Shown: positions 40,107 through 51,931, counted from the stretch's first letter. The stretch: DNA of 64,000 bases from Nitrospirota bacterium (GCA_963845245.1 CAWJRJ010000018.1:1-64000); one strand, 5' to 3'. Translations and numbers: made by a program. The notes: generated by a model not told the origin, from the sequence alone.

Positions 40107-41723
40107 ATGGACCAGACGGAAAAAGAGATGTCAGGTGTGCAGCAGTTCGGCAGCTATGTGTTCTTGCAGAAGTTTGCCGTAGGCGGCATGGCCGAGCTTT
40201 ACAAGGCCAGGAAGAGCGGCGCGAAGGGGTTCCAGAAGCTGTTCGTCGCCAAGAAGATACTGCCTCACCTTGCTATGAACGACGACTTCATCGGCATGCT
40301 TATCGACGAGGCCAAGGTCGCAGCCCTCCTCGACCATCCCAACATAGTCCGCATTTACGACCTGGGCAAGGTCGAAGACTCCTACTGCATAGTAATGGAA
40401 TACGTCCGCGGCCGCGACCTCAGGAAGGTTCTGAACCGGTCGGCAAAGCTGAATACTCCTATCCCGATCGCCGAGGCCTGCCTCATAGCGGCTTCGGTGC
40501 TTGCAGGCCTTTCCAGCGCGCACACAAAAAAATTCAAGGGCAAAGAGCTCGACATAGTACACCGCGACATAAGCCCCCAGAACATCCTGGTCTCTTTTGA
40601 GGGTGAGGTGAAGATCGCCGACTTCGGCATTGCAAAGGCGGCAAACCAGAGTACCGAGACCAAGGCGGGCGTCCTCAAGGGCAAGGTCTCGTACATGTCC
40701 CCCGAACAGGCAAGCGGCCGGCCGCTCGACTGCCGTTCCGACATATTCTCGGCTGGCGTGATACTCTACGAGATGCTCACCGGGAGGAAACTTTTCCACG
40801 GCGAGTCGGATATGGTGACCATCAACAAGGTGCGGATGGCAAAGGTTGACCCGCTGCCGTCGTCGGTCAACCCCTCCGTACCAAAAGAACTTGACGGCAT
40901 CCTCATGAAGGCCCTAGCCAGGGACCCCTCAAAAAGATACCAGACCGCAGCCGAGATGGAGAAGGAAATCTACTGGCTGATGAGGGCCGAAGGGTATACC
41001 GCAGACTCCTATTCTCTCGGGGAGTATGTCTCGGGGATATTCAAGGAAGAACGCGAAGCGGAAATAACCGAGGACGAGGAGTTGTTCGAGGCCGGTGCCA
41101 CTGCCACTGAAGAGAAGATTTTCCAAACCACTATAGATAACGGACCGCTCCATCCCGAGCCCACACAGGAAACACTAAATGCGGCTGTGGAGGTTAAGCC
41201 GCCCGCACAGCCTGTCCGTAACACCCCAAAATGGCACTACGCCGCTGTTGTCGCGGTTGCAGCGTTGGCAATACCCGCCACATTCTTTGTTGCACGTCTT
41301 ACCTACACTGCAAAATCTGTCGCCCAAAAACCGACAGAAGCGCCATTGGCCGTGCCTGCCGTGCAAGCGTCAGTGGCAAAGCTGAAGAAGGCAGTTCAGA
41401 AAAAAACTCCTGCCGTCACAGAGTCGACTGAAGGTCAAGCAGTAGCAAAAGCGTCGATCAGCTCGGAACCAACAGGTGCTGCGGTTTTTGTAGACGGGGG
41501 TTTTGCAGGGAACTCGCCGATCTCGGTGCTCAACCTTAAAGACAGGCATACATACACGGTAAAGGTTGTGAAGGATGGTTATGAGGACTGGTCTGGTACT
41601 CTTGTGACAGACGCAAACGGCTCCGGCGTCTTGAAAGCAGACCTGAAACTAAAGCCTCCCGTGCAGAAAAAGGAAGACATCTGGTCCGACCCGTTCCCGA
41701 AAAGCCCACGCAAACCTAGTTAA
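40107..41723 (+). CDS. Ser/Thr protein kinase with a C-terminal TM helix and extracytoplasmic PEGA domain
   Basis: Kinase subdomains (VAKKIL, HRDISPQNILV, DFGIAKA, SYMSPEQ), TM helix (YAAVVAVAALAIPATFFVA), and PEGA (ISSEPTGAAVFVDGGFAGNSP...YTVKVVKDGYEDW). Confidence 0.85.
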   Translation: MDQTEKEMSGVQQFGSYVFLQKFAVGGMAELYKARKSGAKGFQKLFVAKKILPHLAMNDDFIGMLIDEAKVAALLDHPNIVRIYDLGKVEDSYCIVMEYVRGRDLRKVLNRSAKLNTPIPIAEACLIAASVLAGLSSAHTKKFKGKELDIVHRDISPQNILVSFEGEVKIADFGIAKAANQSTETKAGVLKGKVSYMSPEQASGRPLDCRSDIFSAGVILYEMLTGRKLFHGESDMVTINKVRMAKVDPLPSSVNPSVPKELDGILMKALARDPSKRYQTAAEMEKEIYWLMRAEGYTADSYSLGEYVSGIFKEEREAEITEDEELFEAGATATEEKIFQTTIDNGPLHPEPTQETLNAAVEVKPPAQPVRNTPKWHYAAVVAVAALAIPATFFVARLTYTAKSVAQKPTEAPLAVPAVQASVAKLKKAVQKKTPAVTESTEGQAVAKASISSEPTGAAVFVDGGFAGNSPISVLNLKDRHTYTVKVVKDGYEDWSGTLVTDANGSGVLKADLKLKPPVQKKEDIWSDPFPKSPRKPS

Positions 41724-42570
41724 GCCCCAGCCCCAGGTCCGCAACCACCGCAGCTAGCACAGCGATTATGTAGAATATGGATGCGCCGAAGGCCCGACCG
41801 TACGCACTCTTCTTTACAAGCTGAATGTAATAGAGCGCCAGCAGGGAAATCCCGAGTGAAACCGAAACTACCGCGAAATATACCGAGCAGTAACCAAGGA
41901 GGAAGAGGGATAGCGATAAGGGCAGAAGGGCTGTGGCGTATATGAATATGAAGGTCTTGGTGTATGGCTCGCCCAGCGCTACAGGCATGACGGGTATACC
42001 GGCCGCCGCATACTGCCCGCGGTATTTCAGCGCGAGGGCCAGGAAATGCGGAGGCTGCCAGAGAAGCATCACGAAAAAAAGTATGAACCCGTCCAGCCCT
42101 ATATGCGGTGATACGGCGGAGTAGCCGATGAGCACGGGGAGTGCGCCGGGGATGCCGCCGGTTACTGTGCCATATGGGGATGATTTCTTCAGGTACAACG
42201 TGTAGATAAATACATAGCTCAATACTGCTGCAACTATCAGGATGGCAGTGGCCTTGTTTAAAATAAAATAAGATGCGATAACGGAAGAAACTATAAGTAT
42301 TGCTGCAAGATAGGCCGCCCGTCTCACGCCGATACAAGCAAGTGCCTCAGTCCTTTTGGACACTCTGGGCATGAGGGCGTCAGTATTATATTCAAAGACG
42401 ACGTTTAGGATCGCCGAGCCTGCGGCGGCCAGGACGATGCATATTGTGCATACAAGAAGCGTCCAGCGGTCAGGCAGACCTCTGGCGGCCAGGGCCATGC
42501 CGGCCAACCCGGAAAGTGCGACCCCGCCTGCTATGCCGGGTTTTGTGATTGTCAGGAGTCCGGACCTCAT
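41716..42570 (-). CDS. ctaB: Protoheme IX farnesyltransferase (heme O synthase)
   Basis: UbiA-family TM protein: TKPGIAGG, NVVFEYNTD, QPPHFLALAL. Confidence 0.85.
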   Translation of the reverse strand: MRSGLLTITKPGIAGGVALSGLAGMALAARGLPDRWTLLVCTICIVLAAAGSAILNVVFEYNTDALMPRVSKRTEALACIGVRRAAYLAAILIVSSVIASYFILNKATAILIVAAVLSYVFIYTLYLKKSSPYGTVTGGIPGALPVLIGYSAVSPHIGLDGFILFFVMLLWQPPHFLALALKYRGQYAAAGIPVMPVALGEPYTKTFIFIYATALLPLSLSLFLLGYCSVYFAVVSVSLGISLLALYYIQLVKKSAYGRAFGASIFYIIAVLAAVVADLGLGLN

Positions 42571-43430
42571 TATGAAACTGCCCCTTCTGCTTTGACCTCT
42601 CCAGCCCACATGTTCCCTATCACATAAAGCATCGCCAGTGCGACCGCCAGGTGAAGCGCTGTGGTCATGTAATAAAGCCCCGTCAAGACAACAAGCGCGC
42701 CCACCGAAATCTGGCTGGCGACGAGCAGGAAGAGATAAAAGATTGCGCGCCTGTTCGCCTTTAACCGCTCATCCAGCATGGATGCCGTATAAAGCACCGC
42801 CACTGTAAGCGCTATGAGGTAGGCGAGCGCCCTGTGCGAGAAATGTGCCAGGACATGCGTGTCGAGGTTCGGCGGTATGACCCTGCCAAGGCAGGTGGGG
42901 AAGTCCGGGCAGGCGAGCCCGGAGCCCGAATGCCGCACGTAAGACCCGAGCGCCGCCTGGAAGAAGACGACCGCGCCGAACGCAAGGAAAAGCCCCGCGT
43001 TACCCTTTAGCGGATGGCCGGCCGGACTCGTTTTCCCGTCGAACTCCGCCATCAGGTATACGAGCATGAACACGGAGAGCCCGACCATGAAATGTATGGT
43101 TGTCAGCTGTACCGGCAGCTCGAAAAGCACGACAAAACCGCCCAGAAGGATCGCTGCGGCTACAAGCGCTACAGCCATGAGCGGGATGGCCTTCATCTTG
43201 CCTTTGTAAGCCCTGAACCGTACGTGCGTGAGTATCAGCAGGAGCACGGTGGAAACGGCGGCTATCACCCTGTGCCCGAACTCCATGTAGATGTCCCACC
43301 TGTATGGCGGGAGCACCCTGCCGTGGCAGAGCGGCCAGTCAGGACACCCAAGCCCCGCCTTCATTCCGGCCACAAGGTTGCCCCATACAAGGAGCAGGAA
43401 AAAGAAGCCAAGGGTCAGCCTACCAAGCAT
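42570..43430 (-). CDS. ctaA: Heme A synthase (CtaA/COX15)
   Basis: CPDWPLC motif repeated (GLGCPDWPLCHG; GLACPDFPTCLG); 8 TM helices. Confidence 0.8.
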   Translation of the reverse strand: MLGRLTLGFFFLLLVWGNLVAGMKAGLGCPDWPLCHGRVLPPYRWDIYMEFGHRVIAAVSTVLLLILTHVRFRAYKGKMKAIPLMAVALVAAAILLGGFVVLFELPVQLTTIHFMVGLSVFMLVYLMAEFDGKTSPAGHPLKGNAGLFLAFGAVVFFQAALGSYVRHSGSGLACPDFPTCLGRVIPPNLDTHVLAHFSHRALAYLIALTVAVLYTASMLDERLKANRRAIFYLFLLVASQISVGALVVLTGLYYMTTALHLAVALAMLYVIGNMWAGEVKAEGAVS

Positions 43431-43440
43431 GTTTCCTCCT

Positions 43441-43704
43441 TCAACGGAAAAGGGTGTCGGTCAGAGTACCGGCGATTATAAGGGCCAGAAAAGCCAACGG
43501 GAAAAGTGCGAACGCCCACACGAGCTCCTTTTCATACCGCAGGTGCATGAAGTATAGGGCGACGAGCGAGGCCTTCGCGGACGCGATAAGGAGCGCCACC
43601 ACGGCATTGAATACGCCCAGATGCAGGAAGGATACAGACACCGTGGCCGCCGTGAGCACAAGCAGTGTGAGCCAGACTATAATGTACGTCCTGTATGCCC
43701 GCAT
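43441..43704 (-). CDS. Cytochrome c oxidase subunit IV (prokaryotic caa3-type small subunit)
   Basis: 87 aa, 3 TM helices, LVALYFMHLRYE motif; directly downstream of coxIII. Confidence 0.55.
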   Translation of the reverse strand: MRAYRTYIIVWLTLLVLTAATVSVSFLHLGVFNAVVALLIASAKASLVALYFMHLRYEKELVWAFALFPLAFLALIIAGTLTDTLFR

Positions 43705-43714
43705 AGAAGACTCC

Positions 43715-44317
43715 TCAGCCTATAAGGTAAAGCAACGGGAACAGATAAATCCATACCAGGTCGACGAAATGCCAGTAGATGCCGGTTATCTCGACCGGGG
43801 TCGAATACTCCTCGGAGAATGCGCCCCGGTTCGCCATTATCAGCATGATGGTCAGCGCGGTCATGCCGGCGATGACATGTATCGCATGAAGCCCTGTCAT
43901 CATGTAGTAGAGCGAGAAGAACAGGTTCGTGGAAGGGAGGTCGCCCTGCCCTATATGCTCGGAGTATTCCAGGTACTTGATGAACAAAAATAAAGCCGCC
44001 AGTACGAGGGTTATGACAAGACAGAGCTTCAGTACTGCCTGTTTGCCCGCCTTTATGGCCGCTATGCCTATAGCGACGCTCAGGCTGCTGCATATCAGTA
44101 CGACGGTATTCACCGTGCCGAACGTGCGGTTCAAGTGCAGGTGCTGCTGATAGAACAGGTCAGGATACCTTACCCGGTAGACAGTATATGTGGTGAACAG
44201 GCCGCCGAACAATAGGAGTTCCGTTGCCAGGAAGGCCCATATCCCAAGCTTCGCCTTATCGATAGCCGCGGTCGTGCTTTCCGCAACCTCGTTATTTTCC
44301 GTTGGCATGTCAGCCAT
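43715..44317 (-). CDS. coxC: Cytochrome c oxidase subunit III
   Basis: COX3 fold; C-terminal [22 protein letters not shown]. Confidence 0.85.
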   Translation of the reverse strand: MADMPTENNEVAESTTAAIDKAKLGIWAFLATELLLFGGLFTTYTVYRVRYPDLFYQQHLHLNRTFGTVNTVVLICSSLSVAIGIAAIKAGKQAVLKLCLVITLVLAALFLFIKYLEYSEHIGQGDLPSTNLFFSLYYMMTGLHAIHVIAGMTALTIMLIMANRGAFSEEYSTPVEITGIYWHFVDLVWIYLFPLLYLIG

Positions 44318-45921
44318 TCTCGTCCTTCCGTTTCCCGTAGCTGTACGGCCAGTCCGTCACCACCGGTATCTCTTTGAAGTTGTCCGTGGGAGGCGGAGAG
44401 GGCGTTGTCCACTCAAGCGTCAGCCCGCGCCACGGGTTGGCCGGGGCCATCTCGCCCTTATAGATGCACCTGATGAAGTTATAGAACATAATCAGGATGC
44501 CGGCCGCGAGGATCCATGAACCTACGGTGGAGATTATGTGCTGCGACTGGAATTTTTCAGGGTATGTCGCGTACCGCCTCGGCATCCCCCTGAAACCCAG
44601 GATGAACATGTTGAAGAAGGTGATGTTGAACCCGACGATTATGAAGGCCCAGGCACGCTTCGCCGTCTTCTCGTTCAGCATCCGCCCGGTCATCTTGGGA
44701 AACCAGTAATGCAGCCCTGCAAAAAGCCCCATCACCGTCCCTCCCATTATCGTGTAGTGGAAGTGCGCTACGAGGAAATAGGTCTCGTGCAGGTGCACGT
44801 CCGTGGCAAGCGAGCCCAGGAACGGCCCGGTAAGCCCGCCTATTATAAAAAGGAAAATGAAGGTGAGTGCGTATATCATCGGGGAATCGAGGTTTATCGA
44901 GCCCCTGTACATGGTGGCTATCCAGTTGAACACCTTTATGCCGGTGGGTATGGCGACCGAGAAGGTGAGGAACGAGAATATTATCGTGGCAATGCTCGAC
45001 ATCCCGGCGACAAACATGTGGTGGCCCCATACGAGGAACCCGGCCCCGGCGATTGCAAGGGACGAGTATGCGATGGCCTTGTATCCGAATATCGGTTTTC
45101 GGGTGAATACCGGTATTATCTCGCTTATTATGCCCATCGCGGGGAGTATCATCACGTAGACCACCGGATGCGAATAGAACCAGAAGAAATGCTGGAATAG
45201 CAGCGGGTCTCCCCCCTTGGCCGGGTCAAAGAACCCGAAACCCAGCAGGCGCTCGGACAGTAACATCAGGAACGTCACACCCACCACCGGTGTCGCAAGC
45301 ACGTTTATGATGCTGGTGGCATATATCCCCCAGATAAAAAGCGGCAGCCTGTGCCAGGTCATGCCCGGTGCACGAAGCTTGTGGATCGTCACGATGAAAT
45401 TAAGGCCGGTGAGTATCGACGACATGCCGATAAGGAAAATGCCTAAGGCGACTATGGTAACGCTCGTCGCCGTCCTTGCAGAGTATGGCGTGTAGAACGT
45501 CCAGCCGGTATCTATCGGGTGCACCATCGAGATCATGATGACAAACACGCCCATAACGATAGATCCAGAAGCTGGCAATATTCAGGCGCGGGAAGGCAAC
45601 GTCCCGGGCCCCTATCAGTAGCGGGATTATGAAGTTCCCGAGCGCCGACGGTATGACCGGGATGACGAAAATAAAGATCATGATAACGCCGTGGAGCGTG
45701 AACAGTTCGTTGTAGGTCTGGTTCGATACGAGCCAGTTGCTCGGTTCAAGGAGCTCAAGGCGCACAAGCAGACCCAGCACGCCGCCCACCAGGAAGAAGA
45801 ACAGGATCGTAAGAAGGTACATCACCCCGATCCGCTTATGGTCAAGCGTATATGCCCAGGACCGGAAGCCGGTGGTCTCGTTCAGGTAGTTTTTTTCTAT
45901 GGAAGTCTGTTGTCCGTTCAT
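44310..45921 (-). CDS. coxA: Cytochrome c oxidase subunit I (apparent frameshift near 45570)
   Basis: Heme-copper oxidase motifs: [40 protein letters not shown]. The N-terminal 173-aa ORF (45400-45921) continues in the 44310-45578 frame. Confidence 0.85.
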
Positions 45922-47211
45922 CTATTTCAGGCTCTTTATGTATAAAATAATCGACTGCAGCTCTTCCTCGTTCACCGTCCCCTCGTAAGAGGGCATCACG
46001 GGGCCGAACCCCTTTACCACCTTTGCGCCCGGCTCGTATATGGACTCTCTTATGTACGCATCGTCCGCGGTCACGGTCTTTCCGTCGGAAAGTGTCACCA
46101 CACTACCGTACAGGCCCTTGAACGTCGGGCCAACCTTTATGCTTCCGTCTATGGAATGGCAGCCGATGCAGCCCTTGCCCTCGAACGCGGCCTTCCCCTT
46201 CTGGACGGTCGGCTGGATGGCCTGTTTTGCTGGTGCGGCAGCCGTCGATGGTGCCCCGCCCCTGGTGCTCAGTGTCTGCAGATATGCGATTATCGCCGTG
46301 ATGTCGTCGTCCTTCAGGATGCCCTTGAATGTGGGCATCAGGTTCCTGAACCCAGCCACTATCTTCGCGCCAGGGTCGAGTATAGATTCGTGTATGTAAT
46401 CCGCGTCGGCCGTCACAGTCTTTCCGTCGGCGAGCCTGACAGTGCTTCCGAAGAGGTCCTTGAAGCTGGGTCCCACCTTTATCGTCCCGTCGGTGGAATG
46501 GCAGGCGAGGCAACCGGACTGCTCGACCAGGTTCTTGCCCTTCTGGGCCAGTGGCATCGATTTTTCCGCTTCTTCAACCTGCTTTGCCGCCCATTCCTGG
46601 TACTCGTGCGGCTCCATCACGTAAAGAGTAGCCCGCATCTGTGAATGGCCTACCCCGCAGTACTGCGTGCAATAAATCGTATAAGTTCCGACCCGCTCCG
46701 GTTTCAGCCACAAGTAGGTATAACGTCCGGGCAGTATATCCATCTTTTCGCGCAGTTCCGGCACGAAGAAGGCGTGTATAACGTCCTCGGAGGTCATGGT
46801 GAGCTTTACCGCCTGACCGGCAGGTATACGCAGGTCGTTTACCGTCTCCCTGCCGTCGGGGTACGTGAACTTGAACAGCCACTGGCGCGCCGTAACATGT
46901 ATCTCTTCGGCGTCCGGCATCGGTGTGCGCATATCGTCCCAAACCTTGTATCCGTAAATGAAGATGGACATGACAAGGATGGTGGGTATCGCCACCCATA
47001 CGCCTTCAAGGACCTTGTTGCCCGTTATATACGGCGTCTCGGAATCTTCCTCACCTTTTTTCCTCCTGTACCTGAAGGCGAAGTAGATGAGGGCGCCCTG
47101 GGTTACTATGAAGAAAAAAAGCGCGATCCCGGTTATGAATATATAGACCGAGTCCACCTCGGAGGCTATCTTGGATGCCGCGCCCAATGGACCGTAAGTA
47201 TCAGGCATCAT
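45922..47211 (-). CDS. coxB: Cytochrome c oxidase subunit II fused to two c-type cytochrome domains (caa3-type)
   Basis: CuA site (H...CTQYCGVGHSQM) and two CxxCH motifs (CLACHSTDG, CIGCHSIDG). Confidence 0.85.
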   Translation of the reverse strand: MMPDTYGPLGAASKIASEVDSVYIFITGIALFFFIVTQGALIYFAFRYRRKKGEEDSETPYITGNKVLEGVWVAIPTILVMSIFIYGYKVWDDMRTPMPDAEEIHVTARQWLFKFTYPDGRETVNDLRIPAGQAVKLTMTSEDVIHAFFVPELREKMDILPGRYTYLWLKPERVGTYTIYCTQYCGVGHSQMRATLYVMEPHEYQEWAAKQVEEAEKSMPLAQKGKNLVEQSGCLACHSTDGTIKVGPSFKDLFGSTVRLADGKTVTADADYIHESILDPGAKIVAGFRNLMPTFKGILKDDDITAIIAYLQTLSTRGGAPSTAAAPAKQAIQPTVQKGKAAFEGKGCIGCHSIDGSIKVGPTFKGLYGSVVTLSDGKTVTADDAYIRESIYEPGAKVVKGFGPVMPSYEGTVNEEELQSIILYIKSLK

Positions 47212-48068
47212 GCCTTGCCCCTCTCCTGCTTCCTGAGCGCTATTATCAACACTACAAGCATGACCAGCACCACTGCCCCAACGCCCTTCATGATGTTTAT
47301 CGCGGTTATGGCGTATTTTTTCCCGACCGGGTCGTAGTGGTAGCAGTACAGGATTATTTTGTTGAGCGCGGTCGAGGCGCCTATCTTGCCGTCGGATGCC
47401 TCCAGCAGGGCAAGCCGCAGGTCGTTAGGTTCCTGCTTTATCCCGTACAGGTACCTTGACACCTTCCCGTCGGGGGTCAGGATGATCAAAGCCGAGGGGT
47501 GCGCGAAGTTGGTCTCATCGAGCCTTTTATAACGGAAACCGACCGTACCGGCCAGAGCCTCTATCTCTTTTTCGCCCCCATACAGGAAAGGCCACCAGCC
47601 GGACGGGTTATTGAAGCCCTTGAGCATGGCGTAGGTCTCAGTTGCTTTTTCAGAGGCATCCTTTGCGGTCTCGTCCGGGTTGATGCTGACGGTCAGGATG
47701 CTGAAGTCCTTTCCGGGCTTGAGCCCCTTCATGTCCTCTAGCGTCTTCGCAAGGTTTGCAAATGTGATGGGGCACAGCATCGGGCATTCGTAGTAGTTGA
47801 GCGTGAGGATTACAGGCTTGCCATTGAAGTAGTCCCGCAGCCTGACAGTTCTGCCGCTCTGGTCGGTAAACTTCAGGTCGAGTGGTACGACCGCGCCCGG
47901 CTTTTCGTCCACCCGTATCTCCTTCATGAAGGCGTCCTGTTCGGCCTGGGTCGTGAAGCTGATGGCCAGGGCGTTTGCCGGAAGACATATAAATATTGCC
48001 GCGTAAACTATTGCCACGGCAGTTATTACATGACTTCCGATGTATTTCAATGGGTTAATGGCTCGCAT
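47208..48068 (-). CDS. SCO1/SenC copper chaperone with an extra C-terminal TM segment
   Basis: Thioredoxin-like fold with YECPMLCP (CxxxC) and a downstream His; the start overlaps the coxII stop (ATGA). Confidence 0.7.
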   Translation of the reverse strand: MRAINPLKYIGSHVITAVAIVYAAIFICLPANALAISFTTQAEQDAFMKEIRVDEKPGAVVPLDLKFTDQSGRTVRLRDYFNGKPVILTLNYYECPMLCPITFANLAKTLEDMKGLKPGKDFSILTVSINPDETAKDASEKATETYAMLKGFNNPSGWWPFLYGGEKEIEALAGTVGFRYKRLDETNFAHPSALIILTPDGKVSRYLYGIKQEPNDLRLALLEASDGKIGASTALNKIILYCYHYDPVGKKYAITAINIMKGVGAVVLVMLVVLIIALRKQERGKA

Positions 48069-48187
48069 ATCGCTAAATTATAACATATAAGTTTATAGTC
48101 TGAAGGAGATTTATTAAAAACTGGGTCCAGGCCACCGTCCGATATTGAGCCGTTGACTCGTAAACCTAAAAGACATATAATTTTCGG

Positions 48188-49082
48188 ATGCTTCCAAAAG
48201 AGATTCTAAAGAAGATAAAACGCCTTGAGATAAAGACCTCGAGGCTCGTTGAAGGCCAGCTTGCCGGGAGCTACCTCTCGACGTTCCGGGGCCGGGGCAT
48301 CGAGTTCTCCGAGGTGCGCGAGTACCTGGAAGGCGACGACGTGCGGAGCATAGACTGGAACGTCACCGCCCGGATGAACGCGCCGTTCGTCAAGACGTTC
48401 ATGGAGGAGCGCGACCTCACCGTCATGCTCGCGGTCGATTTTTCCGGCTCGATGGAGTTCGGGACGCTCGCGCAGACGAAGAGGGAGCTTGCGATAGACT
48501 TCTGCGCCGCCGCCGCACTGCTTGCCGCAGGCAACAACGACCGGGTAGGGCTCATCGCGTACGCCGAGGGCATCGAGCTTTTCATACCGCCCAGGAAGGG
48601 CCGCCGGCATGTGCTTAAGCTTCTGGCGGAGCTGTCGGCCCTCAAGCCACGTGGGACGCGGCAGCGGTCATGCTGTCGCGGCAAGCATGCTCATGAGGGT
48701 GCTGAAGACCCGCGCCACGCTGTTCTGGGTGTCTGACTACATGGGTGCCAATGGGGCAAATGGGGGCGCGAAGGGGTTGAAGGCGCTTTCCAGACGCCAC
48801 GAACTTGTGCCGGTGCTGCTAAAGGACGGGCGCGAGACCGTGATGCCGCCCGTGGGCCTTGTTGAGCTTTCAGACCCCGAGACCGGCGACAAGACGCTGG
48901 TGGACACCTCGTCAAAGGAGTTCATGGCCGCATTCGCTGCGTGGATAACGGAGACAGACACATCGCGCGAAGCCCTGTTTAAGTCCCTGAGGGCGGAGCA
49001 CATAGAGATTACAACCGGAGGCTCCCCTGTAACCCCGCTTACCCGCTATTTCCGCCGCAAGGCGAGGCTCGGGAGGCATTAG
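48188..49082 (+). CDS. DUF58-family protein (MoxR-associated vWA-like); frameshift near 48655
   Basis: SYLSTFRGRGIEFSEVREYLEGDDVRSIDWNVTAR...LAVDFSGSM is the DUF58 signature. Confidence 0.7.
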
Positions 49083-49086
49083 TACC

Positions 49087-50071
49087 ATGGAGTTCCTGCA
49101 CCCCGCGCTTTTGTGGTCATGCCTTGCAGTACCGGTCCTCCTTTACTTCAGGCTTACAAAAAAGAAAAAGGCCGTCCCGTTACCCAGGACTGTCCTCATT
49201 CATAAAACTCCCGAAGGCGCGCTTCTCGTCCCTTCCCGTCTCGCTCCTTGCCGTGGCATGCCTTCTCTTTATCATCTCCGCATCCGGCCCGCGCGTCTCC
49301 ATAGGCGAGGAGGAGAAGAAGATCCTGGGCGTGGATGTCGCGCTCGCGATAGATGTGTCCGGGAGCATGCGCGCCGAGGACTTCAAGCCGAACCGTATGG
49401 AGGCCGCAAAGCAGCGCATCAAGGAGTTCGTCAAGGAGTTCAAGCAGGGCCGCATGGCGCTTGTCGCCTTTGCGGGGAGGTCATTCACGCAGTGCCCGCT
49501 CACTACTGACGGCGGCATACTCGACGGCCTTCTCGACCAGCTCGAGGTCGGCTCGGTCGCGATAGACGGCACAGCAATAGGGGATGCGATAATAAACTGC
49601 ATGAACAAGTTCAAGGAAAGCGCGGTCAGCCGGGTGATAATCCTGCTCACGGACGGGGAGAACAACGCGGGCACGGTGGACCCGATAAGCGCGGCGCGCG
49701 CGGCGAAGGACAAGGGCATAAAGATATATACCATAGGCGTCGGCACGCCGGAAGGCGCACGCGTCCCGGTACTTAATGCCGCAGGCGAGAAGTTCTACTT
49801 GAAAGACGAGGCGGGCAACTATGTGCTTGCGAAGGTGGACGAGGCAACGCTCAAGCAGATTGCGGACATAACAGGCGGTACATACTTCAGGGCGAAGGAC
49901 GAGAACGCGCTGAAGGACGTATACACGAAGATCGCTGCGATGGAGAAAAAAGAGATAACGGTGAAGCATATCAAGGGATACAGGGAGCTGTTCCCGTGGT
50001 TCGCGGGCGCGGGCCTGCTGGTGCTCCTTCTGGCGGTGTTCGCCTCGGCAAGGTACAGGGTGCTCGAATGA
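49087..50071 (+). CDS. batA: BatA-type vWA-domain membrane protein; frameshift in the poly-A run near 49180
   Basis: N-terminal TM pair, vWA MIDAS (DVSGSMRAEDFKPNR, LLTDGENNAG), C-terminal TM. Confidence 0.75.
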
Positions 50072-51048
50072 GTCTGGGATACCCGTTGTTCCTGCTCCTT
50101 CTGGCTGTCGTCCCCGCGCTGGCGCTTGTCTACCGCTGGCTGACAATGCGGGACGAGAAGGCCCGTGCCGCGTTCGCGGATGCGGGCATGTCCGCAAGGC
50201 TGGGCTTGGGGAACAAAGGCTGGAGGAAGAAGGTCGCTCCGGTGCTTATTATGCTGGCAGCCGCTCTCGCGGCGATCGCCATCGCGCGCCCGCTCGGCCC
50301 GCCGTCCGGCGACGAGGAGAGGACGGCTGCGATGGACGTTATCGTGGCGCTCGACATCTCGGACAGCATGGGCGTGGCCGACGTGAAACCAAACCGTCTT
50401 ACCGAGGCAAAAGAGTTTGTAAAGAAGCTGGTGCTGGCTGCGCCGAACAACCGCTACGGGCTGGTGTTGTTTTCCGGCGACGCCATAATCACCTGCCCGC
50501 CCACGCTCGACCACGACGCCTTCCTGACATTCGTGGACGACGCCGACTTCCCACGGGCGAACCTGCCCGGCACGGCGATAGGCGAGGCCATACTCACCGC
50601 CGCGACGACGGTTCAAGAAGGACGAGCTTCCGCGCGTGGTGCTGGTTGTGACGGACGGGGAGAACACATATGGCGCGGACCCTGTAAAGGCGGCGGAGAC
50701 CGCGAAGCAGGCCGGGCTGAAGGTCTATGCCGCCGGGGTAGGCACGGCAGAGGGCGGCAGGATACCGGGCTCGTATCGATTTCTACGGGAATATACAGTA
50801 CAAGAAGGACAAGCAAGGCAACATCGTGGTATCCAAACTTGACGAGGACGCCCTGAACAAGATCACTGAGGCGGGCGGCGGCAGGTACTTCGCGGCCTCG
50901 GACGGCTCGTCCGTAAGGGCGCTCGCGAAAGAGCTTACCTCGAAGTCCAAAAAGGCGATAAAGGACCCGTTCCAGGGGGCCAAGGAGTACGGGCCGTGGT
51001 TCGCGCTTGCGGCGGCTGTGCTTGTGGCAATGGCGATAATTAATTTGA
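50068..51048 (+). CDS. batB: BatB-type vWA-domain membrane protein; 2 frameshifts; exact 3' end uncertain
   Basis: ALDISDSMGVADVKPNRL, LVVTDGENTYG, C-terminal TM (WFALAAAVLVAMAII); the start overlaps the batA stop (ATGA). Confidence 0.65.
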
Positions 51049-51829
51049 ATGAATACAAAAACATTAATCGCAATATTATTGATGGTGCCTTTCCTCCTCG
51101 GCGCGACGCCTTTCGCGAGCCCCACCGAGAGAGGTACGCAGGCCTATACCGCCGGGAAGTTCGACGACGCGCTGGAGAACTACCAGAAGGCGGCGGAAGA
51201 CAACCCGGACAAGGCGGAGGCGCACTACAACCTCGGCGGCGCGTACTACAAGAAGGGCGAGTACGACCGCGCGCTCAAGGAGTACGACGAGGCGGTGAAG
51301 CTCGACCCGAAGATGTCGGACGCGTATTACAACTCCGGCGACGCGCTCTACCGCATGGGCATGTACGACAAGGCGCTGGACGCATACAAGAAGGCGGACG
51401 GCCTCAAGAAGGGTGACGCCGACACGCAGCACAATATAAATGTGGTAATGATGAAGGTCAAGCAGGAGAAGGAGAAACAGAAGCAGCAGCAGAACCAGCC
51501 CCAGGGCAAGCAGAAACAGGGCCAGGGCAAGGACGACAAAGGCAAGGGCAGCGGCAAGGACAAGGAGAACGGCGGACAGGGGAGTGCCGGGCAGGGACAG
51601 CAGGGCGGCCAGGACAAAGGGCCGTCCGATGTCCAACGAGGAGATCCAGGCGATGATGGAGCGGCAGAAGAAGGAGGAAAAACAGCTTCGGAACTACTTC
51701 CGCCCCGGCCAGAAGGAGCAGAAGGACGACCGCGAGGCCCAGATACAGCAGATCCTTCGTGCAGCGGGTATGCAGGTTCCCGCGCGCGCGGCCAGGCCCG
51801 GCGCGCCGTACATAGAGAAGGACTGGTAA
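51049..51829 (+). CDS. batC: BatC-type secreted TPR protein with a Gln/Lys/Gly-rich low-complexity tail (frameshift near 51590)
   Basis: Signal peptide, 3 TPR units (AEAHYNLGGAYYKKGEYDRALKEYDEAVKLDPK...), then a KQEKEKQKQQQNQPQGKQKQGQGKDDKGKG tract. Confidence 0.65.
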
Positions 51830-51855
51830 TTTTCCGGGATTCCCTTGACTTAACG

Positions 51856-51884
51856 GCTAATGTTAATTAAAATAAACAGGTTAG
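51856..51884 (+). promoter_or_regulatory. Sigma70-like promoter candidate for tatA (TTGACT-17-TAAAAT)
   Basis: cccTTGACTtaacggctaatgttaatTAAAAT; a 7-bp-stem hairpin (AAACAGG...CCTGTTT) lies in the leader. Confidence 0.3.
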
Positions 51885-51931
51885 GTGGTGATATGGCCTG
51901 TTTGTGTGTTTACATAAATAAGAGGTGAAGT

